NCBI GenBank assembly: GCA_038060895.1
Contig: JBBTCT010000002.1
Location: 192,001 to 256,000 of the forward strand
Direction: 5' to 3'
Length of the DNA: 64,000 nucleotides
Origin: Planctomycetota bacterium
GTDB lineage: Bacteria; Planctomycetota; MHYJ01; WSZJ01
Below are positions 47,250 to 56,039 of the stretch, one piece after another. A program made the position numbers and the translations under genes. Under the pieces are notes generated by a model. That model had not been told where the DNA came from, did no database searches, and was given only the letters and a program-made list of their open reading frames with translations. Positions within the stretch are counted from its first letter, which is position 1. The number at the start of each line of letters is the position of its first letter.

Positions 47250-48764
47250 CTAGACCGCCGGCGAATCCGGCGCGCTCGTCACGACGGGCGTGGAAGCGCA
47301 GCCCGTCCCGCAGGCTCCCTGCTTCGCGCCGTGGTCTTCCTGGCGCGGGCCGTAGCGTTTCCCGACCTCGACGCCGACGGCGATTTCAGGCCGCGGCATT
47401 TCGGCGCGGATTCCCACGAGTTCGGAATCCGTGGCGTTTTCCGCGTGCTTCGCGTCCAGCCGGCCGAATTCGGCGCCGTAGGAATCGAGGTACGGAGCCC
47501 ACTCATGAACCATCTGGCCGGCGTCGGGCGTGGTCTTGTAGACGCCCGCGCCCTCGACGATCTCGCGCAGCTTGTGCGGGTGGTCGATGATCATGCACGG
47601 CCGCGCGTCGCGCGCGTCGTGCGGGACCGCTTCGCGCATCTTCTTCATGAAGTCGCTCTTCAGGACCTCACGGATCGTCTTGTTCCGGATGTTGTCGACC
47701 GCATAGTGGATGAACATGCACGGCTCGACGTCGCCGTTGGAGTTGATGTGGATGAACTTGCGCCCGCCCGCCATGCAGCCGCCGACGAGCCACGATTCGT
47801 TCACGAAATCGACGAGGAAAATCGGGTGCGTCTTGCGGATGACCGCGGCGCGCTCGCGCATCCAGTAGCGCTGCGCCGCCGTGAGCATCAGCTCCTGCGA
47901 CTCCACCGGGCCCGTCGGCATCAGGTTGATGTACCAGCCGTGCCCCGCGCCCGCGTCGATCATCGTCCGGATGAACTCGTCGCTCATCGTCGCTTCAAGC
48001 GTCTTGCGCGAAATCGTCGCCGCGAACCCGAAATACAGCCCGCGCTTCCGGCACTCCGCCATCTGGTGCATGACGACCGACCATGCCCCGGCCCCGCGGC
48101 GGTCGTCCGTGTACTCCTGCGGGCCCTCCACCGAAAAGTTCAGGTGCACGTTTCCCCACTTCGCGAACTTGTCCAGCATCTCCGGCGTGATCCGCGAGCC
48201 GTTCGTGTAGATGCTGAACATCACCTCGGGGTGCTTCTCCATGATGTCCACGAGGTCTTTCCGGAGGAAGGGCTCCCCGCCCGTGAACGCGATCAGCCTC
48301 GAGCCGATCGTGGACGCCTCGTCGATCAGCCGGTGGATCAGTTCCGGAGGCAGCTCCGCCTTCCAGTCCTCGCCGTCCGCGTAGCAGCCGTAGCAGCGGT
48401 AATTGCACACCGATGTCGGGCTCATCATGATCATCGGGGGCGAAGCGAATCCCTCTTCGTCGTAGAACTTCTTGCGGACCTTGTTCCCCTCGATGAAGAG
48501 CCCGATGACCGCGTTGCGGATGATCATCTTCCGCACGTGCGGCGACAGGTTGCGCGCGATCCGGCGCACCGCTTCGACGGCCGGGTGCTTTTCCTTCACG
48601 TACTTCTCGCCCATATCGAGCGCGTGCGCGTACCACTGCGCGGGCATCAGGGTCCGGAGGATGCCGATCAGCCGCAGGATCCCTTCGTCCGACATGTTGG
48701 CCGAAGCGCCGGCGGCGGCGTTGACGACCTTCTCGATCGCGAAGTTTTTGAGCCCGGAGAGCAC
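47250..48764 (-). CDS. radical SAM/SPASM-type protein (paralogue 2)
   Basis: CNYRCYGC, GGEP, YTNG, GCMAG…GDVEPC…RPC. Confidence 0.9.
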   Translation of the reverse strand: MLSGLKNFAIEKVVNAAAGASANMSDEGILRLIGILRTLMPAQWYAHALDMGEKYVKEKHPAVEAVRRIARNLSPHVRKMIIRNAVIGLFIEGNKVRKKFYDEEGFASPPMIMMSPTSVCNYRCYGCYADGEDWKAELPPELIHRLIDEASTIGSRLIAFTGGEPFLRKDLVDIMEKHPEVMFSIYTNGSRITPEMLDKFAKWGNVHLNFSVEGPQEYTDDRRGAGAWSVVMHQMAECRKRGLYFGFAATISRKTLEATMSDEFIRTMIDAGAGHGWYINLMPTGPVESQELMLTAAQRYWMRERAAVIRKTHPIFLVDFVNESWLVGGCMAGGRKFIHINSNGDVEPCMFIHYAVDNIRNKTIREVLKSDFMKKMREAVPHDARDARPCMIIDHPHKLREIVEGAGVYKTTPDAGQMVHEWAPYLDSYGAEFGRLDAKHAENATDSELVGIRAEMPRPEIAVGVEVGKRYGPRQEDHGAKQGACGTGCASTPVVTSAPDSPAV

Positions 48765-50087
48765 TTATTTCTTCTCCGTTTGATGAAGCGCCTTGTCGTC
48801 GCGCGCGAACGCGTCGAGGACGGGGGCCATGGTGGTCATGAACGTGTCGCCCGACTGGTCGCGGGCGCCTTCCTCCTTGACGATCTCGCGGAAAACTTCG
48901 GGAACGTCCGTCACGAGGCAGGTCTTCTGCGGATTGGCGCGGATCCGGCCGTCGTCGCGCACCTTGCCGAGGAACTTCGAGCGCAGGACTTCGGTGAACG
49001 ACTTCCCGTGGATGTTGTCCACCGCGAACTGCGTGAACATGCACGGCTCGACGCCGCCCTGCGAGTTCACGTGGAGCATCTTGCGTCCCGCGAGGCACCC
49101 GCCGGCCATCCATTCGTCGTGGCCGAAATCGAAGAAGAGAAGCGGTTTCGTCGCGCGCATTTCGCCCAGCCGGTCCTTGATCTGCATCTTCTGGAACGGC
49201 GTGAGCATGAGCTGGGGCACGGCGCACGACCCGACGGGCATGAGCGGGAAGAACCACCCGAACACGCACCCGGCGTCCATCATCGCGTCCATGAACGGTT
49301 CAGTCCCGACCGTGTCGAAGTTCGCCTTCGAGTACGTCGCGCTGAATGCCACCAGCACGCCCTTGTCGGCGAGCTTGCGCATCGTGTTCGTCGCCAGCGC
49401 GTAAATCCCGCGCCCGCGCCGCTCGTCGGTGTGCATCTGCAACCCTTCGACCGAAACTGACAGCGCCACGTGCCCCATCTTCGCCAGCCGGTCGATCTCC
49501 GCGTCCCCGAGCTGGGTCGCGTTCGTGAAGACGTTGAAGAACACGTCGGGGTGCTTGTCGAACAGGTCCCAGAGATGCTTCACCAGGAACGGCTCGCCGC
49601 CGACAAAGTGCACGAAAGGCGTCCCGACCTGCTTCGCTTCGCCGATCAGCTTGTCCATGGCCTCGAACGACAGCGTCGAATGCACGTCATGCCCTTCGGC
49701 GTAGCACCCGTAGCACTTGAGGTTGCAGACCGTCGTGGGACTGATCAGAAGCGTCGTCGGCGGCCCGAACGTCTCCTTCTCCCAGAACGCATACCGCTTC
49801 CGGTTCCCCTCGATCAGCGTGTTCATGACGAAGTTCTCGACGACCTTCTTGCGCGTCGTCTTGCTCATCACGCGCACGGCGCGGCGCACGGCTTCGACGC
49901 CGGGATGCCCGGCGCGGATGTAGTCTTCCATCGCCGCAAGTCCCTTGTCGTACCAGTCAAGCGACGACACGGACTTGATCAGCCCCAGCATGCGCAGCAG
50001 GCTGGCGTCGGACGAATCGGCCATCCCGACCAGTTGATTGACGACCGCGCGCGTCGCAGCGCGCTTGACGGATGCGACAAGCCCCAT
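48765..50087 (-). CDS. radical SAM/SPASM-type protein (paralogue 1)
   Basis: CNLKCYGC, GGEP, FTNA, GCLAG…GGVEPC…KTC; start ATG 50087. Confidence 0.9.
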   Translation of the reverse strand: MGLVASVKRAATRAVVNQLVGMADSSDASLLRMLGLIKSVSSLDWYDKGLAAMEDYIRAGHPGVEAVRRAVRVMSKTTRKKVVENFVMNTLIEGNRKRYAFWEKETFGPPTTLLISPTTVCNLKCYGCYAEGHDVHSTLSFEAMDKLIGEAKQVGTPFVHFVGGEPFLVKHLWDLFDKHPDVFFNVFTNATQLGDAEIDRLAKMGHVALSVSVEGLQMHTDERRGRGIYALATNTMRKLADKGVLVAFSATYSKANFDTVGTEPFMDAMMDAGCVFGWFFPLMPVGSCAVPQLMLTPFQKMQIKDRLGEMRATKPLLFFDFGHDEWMAGGCLAGRKMLHVNSQGGVEPCMFTQFAVDNIHGKSFTEVLRSKFLGKVRDDGRIRANPQKTCLVTDVPEVFREIVKEEGARDQSGDTFMTTMAPVLDAFARDDKALHQTEKK

Positions 50088-50201
50088 GAATTCCCCCGAT
50101 GTTGTGCGCCCGGGTACGGCCCCCTGTGGGCGCAAGTGGAGGCAGGATAGGGGGTTTTGAAGGGCCGTTCAAGGGGAACTGCGGACGCCTCAGGGTATCC
50201 C

Positions 50202-50990
50202 CTACGGCACCACCACCGCCTCATACCCCGTGACGGTTTCCAGCGCCCGCGCGGCTTCCGTCGCCTCGCCCCACGTCGCATACCGCCCGGTGCGCACGCA
50301 ATTCAGCGTCCCCTCCGGCACGATCTCCGAGTCGTACCCCTTCGCCCGCAGGTCGTCCGCCCGGCGGCGCGCTCCCGCCGGCTCCCCGAACGCGCCGACC
50401 TGGATGGCAAAGGCGCGGACGCCGGAGGAACGGATCGACCGCGCCTTGACGGAGTAGGGCGAATCAGGCGCTTCCTTGATCACCGACCCCATGTATGCCA
50501 GCCCTTCTTCCCAGTCCCCCGCCCGGATTTTGCAGACGCCCAGGTAGTACAGGCACTCGTCCTTGCGCACCCGGTCTTCGCCGACCCGGATCGCTTCCAG
50601 GAACTCCGCTTCTGCTTTCGCCGGCGCGCCGAGCATGTGCTGGGCGAGGCCTCGGGCGGCGTGGGCGTCGGCCTTGAAGGGGCGGTCGGGGGCGTTGGCG
50701 ATGGCGTGGTCGATGAAGGGGAGGGCGCTGGCGGGGCGGTTCTGGGCGAGCCAGGCGCGGGCGATGCGGAGTTTGGCGGTGACGATGCGGGGGTCGTCGG
50801 GGTGGGAATTGATGAAGCGGTCGTAGGCAGGGATGGCGGAGGACCATTCACCGGAGAGGTAGGCGGCTTCGGCGTCGGACCAGGAGGTGTCCTTGGGCTG
50901 GTCATCCGGGGTCCCAGAGCATCCGGCAACTGCGAGAGCAGTGAGAAGGGCTACGGACAGGCGGGCGAGCGTCACACAAACTCCCTTCAA
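50202..50990 (-). CDS. TPR (BamD/YfiO-like) lipoprotein with C-terminal SPOR domain
   Basis: Lipobox AVAGC, TPRs, AIQVGAF…VRTGRY. Confidence 0.75.
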   Translation of the reverse strand: MKGVCVTLARLSVALLTALAVAGCSGTPDDQPKDTSWSDAEAAYLSGEWSSAIPAYDRFINSHPDDPRIVTAKLRIARAWLAQNRPASALPFIDHAIANAPDRPFKADAHAARGLAQHMLGAPAKAEAEFLEAIRVGEDRVRKDECLYYLGVCKIRAGDWEEGLAYMGSVIKEAPDSPYSVKARSIRSSGVRAFAIQVGAFGEPAGARRRADDLRAKGYDSEIVPEGTLNCVRTGRYATWGEATEAARALETVTGYEAVVVP

Positions 50991-51304
50991 CGGGTAAACC
51001 GGGTGATCACGTCAAACCGCTCGAGTGCCGAGATTCCCAGCAACCGGTTCCCGGCCCAGGCGACCGCGGCGCCCAGCACCAGGAGCAGCACCACCCCGGC
51101 CAGCATCGGCCCCAGCCAGGGCGACCGGAGCTTCGGCTCCTTCCACGTCGCCTTGAATGCCGCGTACTTGCCGCTGCAGTCGAAGCAGCAGAACTTTCCG
51201 TAGGGCGTCACGACTTCGCAGGCCTGGCAGTACGGCTTATGGTCGTGCAGGCACATGCCGACGGCCGGCTCGGAGACGTGGTAGAAGCAGAGGCGGTCTT
51301 TCAT
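50987..51304 (-). CDS. small B-box-like zinc-finger membrane protein
   Basis: CFYH…CLHDHKPYCQAC…CCFDC followed by a TM helix. Confidence 0.65.
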   Translation of the reverse strand: MKDRLCFYHVSEPAVGMCLHDHKPYCQACEVVTPYGKFCCFDCSGKYAAFKATWKEPKLRSPWLGPMLAGVVLLLVLGAAVAWAGNRLLGISALERFDVITRFTR

Positions 51305-51355
51305 GGGGGGAAAGCGGAGCTTCTCCCGGGGGGTTTATCGGTCTGCAGCGCCGGA

Positions 51356-51483
51356 AACTTCAACTTTCAACTTCAATTTTCAACTCTCAAGCAAACTCCA
51401 AACGCAAAACAGCAAGGTCTGCGTCGAGCAGGAGGGAGCCGGAAGTTGTCGTTTGCGTCCTGGAGTTTGCTTGAGAGCTGAAA
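51356..51483. repeat. long inverted repeat with TTCAAC tandem prefix
   Basis: 51378-51400 versus 51461-51483 complementary at 22/23; inner ACGCAAA/TTTGCGT. Confidence 0.8.
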
Positions 51484-51505
51484 TGTGTCGTTTCCGGCCG
51501 TCTGG

Positions 51506-52153
51506 CTACTTCCCGTGCTGCGCCTTCCAGTCATCCAGGAACTTCTTCAGCCCGGAATCCGTCAGCGGGTGCGCCAGCATCTGGTCGAACACCTTGAAGG
51601 GCATCGTCGCCACGTCGGCGCCGATCTTCGCGGCTTCGAGGACGTGGATCGGGTGGCGGATCGACGCGACGAGGATCTCCGTGGGGAAGTTGTAGTTGTC
51701 GTAGATCGTGCGGATATCGCGGATGAGCTGCATCCCCTCCGTCGAGATGTCGTCGAGCCGGCCGATAAAGGGGCTGATGTAGCTCGCGCCGGCCTTGGCC
51801 GCGATCAGCGCCTGGTTCGGGGAAAAACACAGCGTCACGTTCGTCTTCGTCCCCTCGGCGCGCAGGATCTTGCACGCCTTGATGCCCTCCTTGATCAGCG
51901 GCAGCTTCACGACGATGTTCTCGGCGATCTTCGCCAGTTCGCGGCCTTCCTTCACCATGCCGTCGCAGGTCGTCTCGACGACCTCGGCCGAGACCGGCCC
52001 GTCGCAGACTTCGCAGATCTCGACGAGCAACTTGCGGAAGTCCTTCTTTTCCTTCGCGACGAGCGAAGGATTGGTCGTGACGCCGTCGAGGAGGCCAAGC
52101 GCGGCGGCTTCGCGGATTTCGGAGACGGAAGCGGTGTCGAGGAAGAACTTCAT
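51506..52153 (-). CDS. tal: transaldolase (short FSA/TalC type)
   Basis: [29 protein letters not shown] (Glu/Phe pair of transaldolase rather than the Gln/Tyr of FSA). Confidence 0.9.
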   Translation of the reverse strand: MKFFLDTASVSEIREAAALGLLDGVTTNPSLVAKEKKDFRKLLVEICEVCDGPVSAEVVETTCDGMVKEGRELAKIAENIVVKLPLIKEGIKACKILRAEGTKTNVTLCFSPNQALIAAKAGASYISPFIGRLDDISTEGMQLIRDIRTIYDNYNFPTEILVASIRHPIHVLEAAKIGADVATMPFKVFDQMLAHPLTDSGLKKFLDDWKAQHGK

Positions 52154-52246
52154 TGCGGGAGGCTCCGTAGGGGAAGGAACCTTCATTATCCATGGGGTAT
52201 GCGGTACCGCTCAAGCGTTAGGCGGAAGCGAGCGCGAAGCGCGAGC

Positions 52247-52300
52247 CCCTTAACCTTAACCTGTCGTTCTTCGTGCGGAACGGCAGGTTAAGGTTGAGGG
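52247..52300. repeat. 23-bp hairpin built of TTAACC hexamers
   Basis: CCCTTAACCTTAACCTGTCGTTC / GAACGGCAGGTTAAGGTTGAGGG, 21/23. Confidence 0.8.
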
Positions 52301-52319
52301 ACCGATGGCGAACCCGGGT

Positions 52320-53405
52320 CTACTTGAGCTCGAACGCCATCCGGTGCTCGGAAACCTTGTTTTCAATTTTGTCCGTCAGCCGCAGAACCATCGTGTACTT
52401 CCCCCGCGGCGCCTTCGGCATCACGATCCCGAGCATCAGACACACGTCGTTCACCGGCGTCCCGTACACGGGCGGGTCGTAGTCCCTCGCGAAATCCTTC
52501 ACTTCCGGCCACGCCACGCTCGCGCCCTTCTCGTCGAGAATCTCGTAGTCGCAGCGCAGGGATACCCTCCACTTCCCGCCCTCGAGTTGTTCACACGTCG
52601 CGTTCCCCGCTTCGAAGTAGATCCACACCTTCTGCTGGGGGAAAAACTCCGCGCGCTCCGCCGGCGTGAACTTGTCGAACCCCTTCGGCGCCTGCAGGCA
52701 GAACGCGGGGCGGAGGATCTGGGGGGGAAGAGCCCTCCGCCATTTTCTCCGGATTTCCTCGAGTTTCTTCACGGCGTCGTCGTTCCGGCCGAGGCGGTAC
52801 CAGAGCGCGGCTTTCGCGAGTTCCATCACGGGCTCGGGGTCAGCGCCGACTTCGAGCGCCGCGGCCGCTTCCGGATATCGCTCGGCCGCGAGGAGCAGGG
52901 CGGCGAGGCGGCGGCGTGAAGCGCGGTCGTCGGGGTTGCGGGCGACGAGTTCCTCGAAGTGGCGGAGGAGGGAAGCATCGTCCGGGAACGGTGCGGCGGG
53001 GAGTGAGGCGAGGATTTCCTCGCGGTACTTCACGCGCGCGGCGTCCTCGGCCTCGACGACGGCGCGGGCCCGGGCTTCGCGGGCATTTGCGGACCGGATC
53101 GGGAGCGCGGGGTTGGGGTCGAACTTCGCCAGCGCGTCGTAGATCGCGATCGCGGCGCCGTACTGGTCGGCGGCGTCATCGGGTTTCCCCGCGGCGCGCG
53201 AGCGGGAGCCTTCCGTAAACAACCGGTCGGCCTCGGCGACCAGCTTTGGCCCGATCGGGTCGGCCTTCACCTCGGGCCGCGGCTCGACTTCCGGCTCCGG
53301 CTGCTCCCTCGGCGGATCGGCGGGCGGCTTCTCCGGGGGCGCAGTCGAGCAGCCCGCGGCGGCCGCGGCGAACGCAAGAGCGAGCGAGAAGGGGAGGGTG
53401 CGCAT
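52320..53405 (-). CDS. TPR lipoprotein with C-terminal beta domain
   Basis: Lipobox AAAGC, Pro-rich linker, TPRs, GKYTMVLRLTD. Confidence 0.7.
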   Translation of the reverse strand: MRTLPFSLALAFAAAAAGCSTAPPEKPPADPPREQPEPEVEPRPEVKADPIGPKLVAEADRLFTEGSRSRAAGKPDDAADQYGAAIAIYDALAKFDPNPALPIRSANAREARARAVVEAEDAARVKYREEILASLPAAPFPDDASLLRHFEELVARNPDDRASRRRLAALLLAAERYPEAAAALEVGADPEPVMELAKAALWYRLGRNDDAVKKLEEIRRKWRRALPPQILRPAFCLQAPKGFDKFTPAERAEFFPQQKVWIYFEAGNATCEQLEGGKWRVSLRCDYEILDEKGASVAWPEVKDFARDYDPPVYGTPVNDVCLMLGIVMPKAPRGKYTMVLRLTDKIENKVSEHRMAFELK

Positions 53406-53477
53406 GGGGCGGAGTGTCAGCGTACTCTTTCATCGGCACCGTGCGGCCCCCGGGTTAACCCCGCTACACTCAACCCG

Positions 53478-54572
53478 ATGCCCGGAATCCTCGTCACCGA
53501 CGGCTACTGGCGGAAATCCCTCGCCGCCGTCCGCGCCCTCGGCCGTTCCGGCCATCGCGTCGTCGTCGGCGAGAAAACCCACTTCAGCCCCGCCCTCTTC
53601 TCCAGACACGGCCGCGCCGTTGTCTATCCCTCGCCCGTCACGCGCCCGCACGACTTCGCCCGGTGGCTGCGAGAGGCTCCCGCGCTGCTCGATTGCGACG
53701 TGATCCTGCCCATGGAAGAGGACACGCTGCTGTTCGCCCTCGACCGCCGCGCGGAGATCCCTGCAAAGCTCCCGTTCGCTGCCGCTGCCCTCGTCCGCAA
53801 CGCCGGCGACAAGGCCTGGACCCTCGCGCGCGCCGCCGAATGCTCCGTCCCCGCTCCCCGAACCTGGTCCGACCCCGCTGTGGCAGAGGGCAACGGCCAC
53901 TTCGTCGTCAAACCCGCCCGCGGCTCCGGCTCCCGCGGCCTCGCCTACTGTGACCGCCCGAGTCTCGCCGCCGCGTGGCGCCCCGGCTGCATCATCCAGG
54001 ACCGCGTCGAAGGCGAAGGCTGGGGCGTCAGCGTCCTCATGGGCGACGGCGGCGCCGTCCTCGCGATGTTCACGCACCGCCGCCTGCGCGAATACCCGAC
54101 CACGGGAGGGCCCTCCACCCTGCGGGAATCCGCGAAAGACCCGGCGCTCGAAGAAGCGGCGATCCGGCTGCTGCGCCACATCGGCTGGACCGGAGTCGCC
54201 ATGGTCGAATTCAAGAAGCGCTCCGACGGCTTCACCTTAATGGAGGTTAACCCAAGATTTTGGGGCTCCCTCGCCCTCGCCGTCGAGGCGGGCGTCAACT
54301 TCCCCGACCTTCTCGTGAAGTGGGCCCGCGGCGAATCGTTCGCGCCCGTCGTCGATTGGCCCCTCGGCGTCCGGGCCCGCGTTTTCTTCCCGGGCGACGT
54401 CCTGCACTTCCTCAAGAACCCCGACCGCGGAAAGATGGACCCTCCGCTTTTCGATTTCTCACCGCACGACGACTACATGCGCCGCGACGACCCTCGGCCG
54501 ACGGCGGGGCTGGCGCTGAGCGTGCTCACGGGGTTATTTCACCGGGAGTGGAGAAAGTTCCTGAAGGGGTAG
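53478..54572 (+). CDS. ATP-grasp domain protein
   Basis: DK…VVKPARGSGSRG…IQDRV…MVEFK…LMEVNPRFWG. Confidence 0.85.
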   Translation: MPGILVTDGYWRKSLAAVRALGRSGHRVVVGEKTHFSPALFSRHGRAVVYPSPVTRPHDFARWLREAPALLDCDVILPMEEDTLLFALDRRAEIPAKLPFAAAALVRNAGDKAWTLARAAECSVPAPRTWSDPAVAEGNGHFVVKPARGSGSRGLAYCDRPSLAAAWRPGCIIQDRVEGEGWGVSVLMGDGGAVLAMFTHRRLREYPTTGGPSTLRESAKDPALEEAAIRLLRHIGWTGVAMVEFKKRSDGFTLMEVNPRFWGSLALAVEAGVNFPDLLVKWARGESFAPVVDWPLGVRARVFFPGDVLHFLKNPDRGKMDPPLFDFSPHDDYMRRDDPRPTAGLALSVLTGLFHREWRKFLKG

Positions 54573-54585
54573 GGGGGTCGCTGCG

Positions 54586-55941
54586 CTACTTCTTGTCGGG
54601 CGGAGAGCCCGGAGGTTTGCCACCGGGCCCGCCCCCGGGAGGTCCGCCGCCCGGCGGCCCCGAGCGGCCCTCCAGCTTCTCCCCCTTGGTTTTCCCCGCG
54701 AGCTGTTTCAGGATCGAGTCCACGCGGCGTTCCACGAACGGCTTCAGCCCGAAGATTTGCGACTGCTTCGGGCCCATGCGGGTCCCGGCGAGGTCCTGCG
54801 AGAGCGACTTGATCATGTCCTCGGTCGAGTACTCCTTCATCGAGTCTTTCGAGGCCGCTTCCTTCGTGAGCCTGAAGAGCGCGTCGATTTTCGCGGCCAT
54901 CGTCTTCGGCGCGAATTCCTTGAGGCACAGGTCGCGCAGGGCCGTCAGGTACTTCTGCTTGAGCGCCGGCGCCGCCACGAACCGCTCGATCAGTTTCTTC
55001 GACCCGACCCAGGGCGCGTACACGTCCCACGCGAGGTGCGCTTCGGCCGGCCCCTGCTGGAAATTGCCGAACGCCTCGTTGAGGTCCCACGGGATCAGCA
55101 CGAACTTCCCCGTTTTCGGGTCGTCGTACAGGTAGAAGTTGTGCCCGGTCCCCGCGTAGCTGTCGAGGTTCACCAGCGCCGACGTCGCCGCCAGCCACTT
55201 CGCGAACCCGTCGCAGTCCAGCCACTCCGTCAGGTCGCTCTTTCCGTCCGCAATCGCGCCCGCGAACTTCACGAAGCGCGAGCGGTCGTTTTCCTTCTCG
55301 TTCGTCTTCAGCTCGACGCACTTCTCGTCCGCAATCCGCGCCTCGTCCACCCGCGCGAACAGGTCCTGCATCCCCTCGATCTTGTAGAGGTTGCCGTCGT
55401 GGTTGCCGAAGCGTTCGTCGAGGAACGTCTCGTCCACGTGCTCGACGATTGTGTAGACGCCGAAAGAGCGCTTCTCCATCTGTCCTCGCGCTGTGATGGT
55501 CACGACCGCGTGCGCCGCGCGCGACGCCGGAAGCCCGAGCGCGCGATGAAGGTCGTACGCCAGCTTCTCGCGCAAGAGCGTCGGGTCCTTGAAGCCGTTG
55601 TTGAGGACGAGCGTGCGCAGGCCCTTGAAGCGCTGGTCCTTGTCGTACTTGTCGAACCCGATCTTGAACGGTTTCTTCTCCGAGCGGATCCCCGCCGACG
55701 AGTTCCCCTTCTCGCGGATCCCGACGTTCCCGACGCGCTCGCCGTCGATTTCGACTTCGCCTTTCACCCATTCGAACGGCTTTTTCCCGATCTTCGCCCA
55801 GTCTTCGCCCTCGACGACCAGGTGGATCGAGTGGACGCGTTTGTCGTCGAACACGCCCTCGTATTCCAGTGCGCGCGTCGGCTGCTGCGCGGCGGCGGCG
55901 CAGGCGAGAAGAAGGCTGGCGATGGCGGAACGCAGGGGCAT
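54586..55941 (-). CDS. CotH kinase family protein
   Basis: VGIREKGNSS, KPFKI, LREKLAY, DSY…HNFYLY…IPWDLN. Confidence 0.9.
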   Translation of the reverse strand: MPLRSAIASLLLACAAAAQQPTRALEYEGVFDDKRVHSIHLVVEGEDWAKIGKKPFEWVKGEVEIDGERVGNVGIREKGNSSAGIRSEKKPFKIGFDKYDKDQRFKGLRTLVLNNGFKDPTLLREKLAYDLHRALGLPASRAAHAVVTITARGQMEKRSFGVYTIVEHVDETFLDERFGNHDGNLYKIEGMQDLFARVDEARIADEKCVELKTNEKENDRSRFVKFAGAIADGKSDLTEWLDCDGFAKWLAATSALVNLDSYAGTGHNFYLYDDPKTGKFVLIPWDLNEAFGNFQQGPAEAHLAWDVYAPWVGSKKLIERFVAAPALKQKYLTALRDLCLKEFAPKTMAAKIDALFRLTKEAASKDSMKEYSTEDMIKSLSQDLAGTRMGPKQSQIFGLKPFVERRVDSILKQLAGKTKGEKLEGRSGPPGGGPPGGGPGGKPPGSPPDKK

Positions 55942-56039
55942 GAAGGGGCCGCGAGTGTAACGGGCTTCGGGGGCCGATATTGTGGACTGCTCTCCGGGCT
56001 CCGGTTGCGGCGAAGCGTCGAATGCGCCAGAATGCCTGG

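Noticed and set aside
46572-49460. 962-aa plus-strand ORF
   Set aside because: Shadow of the radical SAM and GldG-like genes; similar shadows at 23959-26385 and 55764-58346
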